Shown: one piece after another, positions 58,912 through 64,000 of the stretch
How the letters are laid out: each line of letters opens with the position of its first letter
Numbering within the stretch: position 1 is the stretch's first letter
Assembly (NCBI GenBank): GCA_964016885.1
Contig: OZ024748.1
Location: 55,614,001-55,678,000, forward strand
Direction of reading: 5' to 3'
Origin: Eledone cirrhosa
Taxonomy: Eukaryota
Length of the DNA stretch: 64,000 nucleotides
Notes under the pieces: model-generated
What the model was told of the DNA's origin: nothing
Database searches by the model: none
What the model saw: only the letters and a program-made list of their open reading frames with translations
Translations under genes and position numbers: made by a program

Positions 58912-60511
58912 AACACAAACACGCATAGAAAAAACGAAAAATTAAGATATTTTTTATCCTAACAGCCGTCCCTACATTTACGGATATATATATGCATACA
59001 TACATAGATACGTGTGTGCATATCATATATAGATTTGTATACATACACACACTTGTGTGTGTCTGGTAAACAGCAATGAATGTTAGCATTTATGAACAAC
59101 TTATTGAAGCATCTGAAAAGCGAGAATCCTTTTAAAAAACCAAATAGGTCAGCATCGCTTGTTTTAATCTCTAGTTTATGTAGCTTTAAGATGATGAGGA
59201 TTAAGCCTCTTTTGTATAGTAGAATGGTGTCTAATAGTGCTTTAAAATAAGATGTCTGCGAGATTTATTTATATCATAAACGCAACCAAAAGAATAACGA
59301 CTTTAAATTTTCTGCTTATATGATTAATTAAAGCAATATAGCTAATCAAATTAACATATTAAAAATCGAAAATCAGAGGACACTATTTATGATTCGCAAT
59401 AGAAGATATTAACCATTTTCATACCATAGTTTCTTATGAACGACAACGCAATATTCTAAAATAAATTTGAGAATAATCACGTGTTGGAGAGGTTTAGTTA
59501 TATATCTAATTTTTTCTCATTTATTAATTGTTATTTAAAAAAAAAAAACTTAGTGTTATTGTTCATATATAATATTAAGTGAATGTTTCAGATGAACACA
59601 CTTTACGACAATTTTCTGTCTTAGAATCAGATCTATTAAAGATTTGAATATGAAATGTGCTCAAAGGTGGAAATTATCTTGCTGTGAAGTAAATATTATC
59701 GCATGAGGATGAAATGTTTTGGCGGAAGAGCGGAGTAAACACACTGTCAATCAGGATTTGAATGTTTGGATCTATACATTCTAAAGACATGTGAGAAAGT
59801 CGCCACATTTCCCTCAATTTATTCTTGTGTTACTATTTCTCAGGAAGTAAAGAGCAGAACAACACACATTAAACCTTTATTTTTTAGTGTAGTAGAGACA
59901 AGTGGACGGTTAGGAGGAATTTATCCTCATATTTGTGGCTTGTGCGGAAATTATGCAATAGAAAGTATTCCATTAAGTGTACTAACAGGCCAGGTAATTT
60001 TCTTAAACGAGGTGACAGATTAAGTCGACATATATAAATCAACGACATGACAGTCAGAGTAATATTTTCTTTATTTATATATATTTACAATCAGGACATC
60101 TGAATCCAAACAATAAACGTAAAGTCATAATATCATCATTATTAGAATCCGCATAAAAAAAAAAAAACATGAATTATTAACATTCTTTACGTGTAGGTAT
60201 GTGTGTATGAAACAGTGTTTGTTGTTGTTGCTGTAAAGGTGAGGTGGATATATGTGATTGTTTTGGTTGTTGTAGATAGGTACCTAATTCCAAGTGTTTA
60301 CCGATGTGTCCGAACAAGGAAGAGCCTAACTCCCACTGTCATCGCCTCTATCTCTCTCGCCCTCCCCATCTTTCTACTTATATGTTCTAGTGGCGTTTCT
60401 TGGGACATTTGTTAAACCTGGATACAGCCACAGCCTATTTCTTCTAGAGAAGGATAGTGTGGAAAAATTAAGTGAGAAAGAGTTATAGAGGAAGAATCGA
60501 TCGCAGTGGTA

Positions 60512-60648
60512 GACTGGTACTTATTTTATCAACCTCGAGAGGATGAAAGGCAATGTGGATCTCGGCAGGATTTGAACTCAGAGAGCCAAAACGAATGCAG
60601 TAAAGCATACTATCCGACGTTCTAACGAACCTGCCAATTCGACGCCCT
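60512..60648 (-). mobile_element. SINE family A, degenerate
   Basis: actggtacttattttatcaacc...ggatttgaactcag...ctgccaattcgacgccc. Confidence 0.8.
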
Positions 60649-62607
60649 ATTTAACATTATACACGCTATATGTACGACAGCTTTATTCTGTCTGTTAATT
60701 ATATCTACTATGTTTTTTTTATTTGTAATCGTTTCATAACGTCTTAGAAAGCCCAATGAGTCATTGGTTCATTGATATACAAGCTATTGCGAGACGGGAA
60801 GCATGTGTAAAGATCTTTCTGTGTTCTTTAATTCATGTAAGATCCGGTTGGAAATTACATCAGAATTTAGACTAAGTTGCTGTTTCTTGATGAGGTGGAA
60901 TTTACGTGTGAATATGTTAAGTTCCTTGAACATATGTCATTTTATACTTTTCTACATTACTTCAAGTATAATGTTATCATCATAAACTTAATGAGTTAGA
61001 TTGCTTTGACGTGTTGTATTGAATGCAATAAAAATATGAAAAATACATTTGAATGTTAAACTGACAGCAACTAGCACCTTTAATTTTCATTATCATTTTA
61101 AACAATTATGTTAATATTGGGGTATAAAAACAATGTTATACTTACATTAAAGACAAATAGAAACATGAAACAGACGAACCTCGTAAAGGACGATACCAAT
61201 TACAAGATAGATTTGAAGAATATTGAACGTAAATCAAAGTAGAACACAACGAAAGTTGACTTTTCTGTGTCTCATTTATCAAGAATGAAATTTGTATTCC
61301 AAGAACAAGTTTATAACACATTAGTAGTGTGATTAAAAACAAATACAACATGAATCGATGGATGGATGGATAGATAAATAGATGGATACATAAATAGATG
61401 GATAGATGGATAGATAGATAGATAAATAGATAGGTAGATTTAAGTAGAATGGCTGTGACACTTGATTTGTTCGGAGAACGATATTGCACGGACGAGTTTA
61501 AATTAAAATGTGTTCTTTTATCCTCCGGCTCCTTTCTTTTTCCCCTCTCTCTCTGATCTCTCTACCTCTTTACCATTACCTCTCTTCCCCTCCCATTTTT
61601 ATTATTCCCCTCCCTCTCTTCTATCTATCTATCGATATATGTATATATATATATGTATATGTGTGTATATATATATTGTGAAAATATATATATATATATG
61701 TGTGTATGTATATATGTGTATATGTATATATATGTATATAATTTGAGACAATATTCAAGGTTTGTATAATACTTCCCTTTTTTAATTCACCATATTTTCA
61801 TCTATTCTTGCAGTTATTGCTATGCTATGCTATGAATTTGTTTACCTAAGGCTATATTAACACTGCTTCGAGGTACGAGTTATGAACAAAATCTCCCTGA
61901 AGCGAAATATATAAAAAAAATTCTACAGAGGATTGAACAGAGAAGTCTTACTATATATAATAATGGATCATCTTTTTAAGTGAAGAGATAAAATTGAAAA
62001 TATTTTAGTATATATTTCTATTATTTGGAGGTCATAAATTGTAAGACATTTCTATTCATATAAAAAGTAAAAATAGTTAATGTTTCGTCGTTTTACTCTT
62101 TAACGAACATTATGGAAAAATGAAAGTGTTGTTATTCTTAGGGATAATAGTGGTGACGCAGAAACCCTCCAGCTTGCTCTAATTCTGTACTTAACACATT
62201 TAAGAAATTTCGAATACTTCAAATTACATGAAATAGATTTTTTTTGGCACTCTCGAATTGGTGATTATAATGCTTTGGAAGAAAAAAAATTAAATCAAGA
62301 AGAAGCATGTTTCTAAAATTGAGGTTTTTGCATATTTTAACGTTTTATAATTGATTTAAATATCAATGTATAGCTAATAGTGAGTCTTTTATATATTTTG
62401 CAAATATAACATTTTTGATGAAGGGTCATATACACCGTGTGTAAACTAGTGTTGAATAGCTGTGGTGATATTCATTTTGGCGAGTGTCAACCTAGGACGT
62501 TTCTTCATTTAAAGGGAAGTAATCACTGATGACACGCCCACTCTGTATTACTGACGTATTTATCGGATGGGATTCGGGGGGGGGGGGGGGAACCGTGGAA
62601 AGTATAA

Positions 62608-63078
62608 AAATCCCGCCGAGGTTAACTTTACCTTTCTCCTTACGGGGTCGATAACATAAAGTACCAGTAATGCACTGGATAATTGCTGGCCTTGTGCCAA
62701 AAGTAGAAACAATTATTATTATATATATATAATAATTATTATTTTCGCATATAGGTAGCAGTATCGATAGAACGTTAGACACCCTGCTTTGCAGCATAGG
62801 GTTATCGCCTTTTACGTTCTGAGCTCAAATCCCGCCGAGGTTAAGTTTGCCTTTCATCCTTACGAGGTCGATAAAATAAGGCATCAGTAATGTACTGGGG
62901 TTGATTTAATCGAATACCCCCCCCCCCCAATTACTGGCCTTGTGCCTATAGTATTAATTATTATTAAAGTCAATATAATTCAAATATAAAATGCTTTATT
63001 TTATCGGGGTCGGTAAAATAAAGCACCAGTAATCCACTAGGGTAATTGCTGGCCCTGTGCCAAAAGTAAAAATAATTA
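62608..63078 (+). mobile_element. Cluster of three SINE A copies (short-truncated, long, short-truncated)
   Basis: Copies at about 62608-62715, 62752-62952 and 62995-63078. Confidence 0.85.
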
Positions 63079-63584
63079 TTTTTGCATATATGGTCTATGT
63101 TGCGAGCGTTAGACTTGTACGTATATAAGCTATGAATATCACGGGTCCTGGATTAGTTGACAGATTCTTTAGAGGATCACACACATGCTTGGCAATATGG
63201 TCTGAGGTCTACTCAAAGACTATATTTCAATATAAACTTTCGAGATCGATAATATAAAGTAGCACTCACATTAATTTCCAGCCTTGTGCCTATGGTAGAA
63301 ACATTAATAGTTAATAATGTAATATAACAATAATAGTGCTTTTGCTGGTGATGTTGGTAGGGGTTTAGAGCGTTGAGTTCGTGTCCTTGGAGTTGTTCTA
63401 TCTAAACATAAATTTGTTTTTCATATTTTAATTTAGATTTTGGTTCTTTTTTTCTGTCATATACTATGACTCTTACTCTTCCTCCTCCTTTTACTTTTGT
63501 TCTTTTCTTATTTTTTTTTTCCTTTTATTCTTCTTTATCTTTGTATCTTTTTTCTTTTTTCTACTCCTTCATCTCTTCCTCTGC

Positions 63585-63732
63585 CCTTTTTCATTTCCGC
63601 CCACTTCTTTCTGGAAGGATAGTGGTTGCAGAGTGCTCAGACTTGCCTCCCACTGTCTCATATCAGATGCAACAGTCTCCAGCTGGCACGGCTGCATCCC
63701 CCAATCAAGACCTGCCAAGTTCATGGATATTA
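63585..63732 (-). mobile_element. RTE LINE extreme C-terminus / 3' end
   Basis: NIHELGRS*LGMQPCQLETVASDMRQWEASLSTLQP resembles the RTE/Rex3-type end (I..L.W..LGi....L..va.dr..W..ll..L.P). Confidence 0.6.
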
Positions 63733-64000
63733 GCCGGTCAGTTTGGCTCATAAAATACCAGATATGTAACAAGGCTAAACATATTTGAATATAACACTCC
63801 CACTAACATTTGTGTCTACTCTGCCTTTCTGATACACCAATATGATTTCATCTTTGTCTTCGTCTTAGTCATATACTACTTGAATAAATGTTTATTTTTT
63901 TCTCTCTGTGTGTCTTGTGAGACTATTAAAATCTTTTTTTCAAAGAGTATTTCTACGCAAAATCTTTCTATTTAGCAGGTGTCAAATATCGGTTATGTTC

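Overview
AT-rich eukaryotic, repeat-dominated DNA with no recognisable host exon. The SINE types and very large (TA)n-derived arrays suggest a coleoid cephalopod such as an octopus (inference). Nearly all long ORFs in the track are microsatellite read-throughs. Real content: (1) about 20 copies of one tRNA-derived SINE family, including a 16 x 45-bp tandem amplification of its head; a second, CORE-like SINE family; RTE LINE fragments; a mariner transposase relic; several Tc1/mariner/pogo MITEs; a probable hAT relic. (2) The main signal is a set of short islands inside (TA)n tracts, from at least 5-6 sequence families. They carry type I hammerhead-ribozyme folds (about 10 candidates, 4 with intact cores), usually have a head-to-head inverted-duplication architecture with both 3' ends on (TA)n, and in one case (37.2-38.6 kb) are physically linked to a Penelope-like GIY-YIG endonuclease fragment. 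This points to a (TA)n-targeting Penelope/retrozyme-like system, including one family with a recurrent non-canonical hammerhead core (CAGAAGA). All folds and homologies were read by eye, and element boundaries are approximate.
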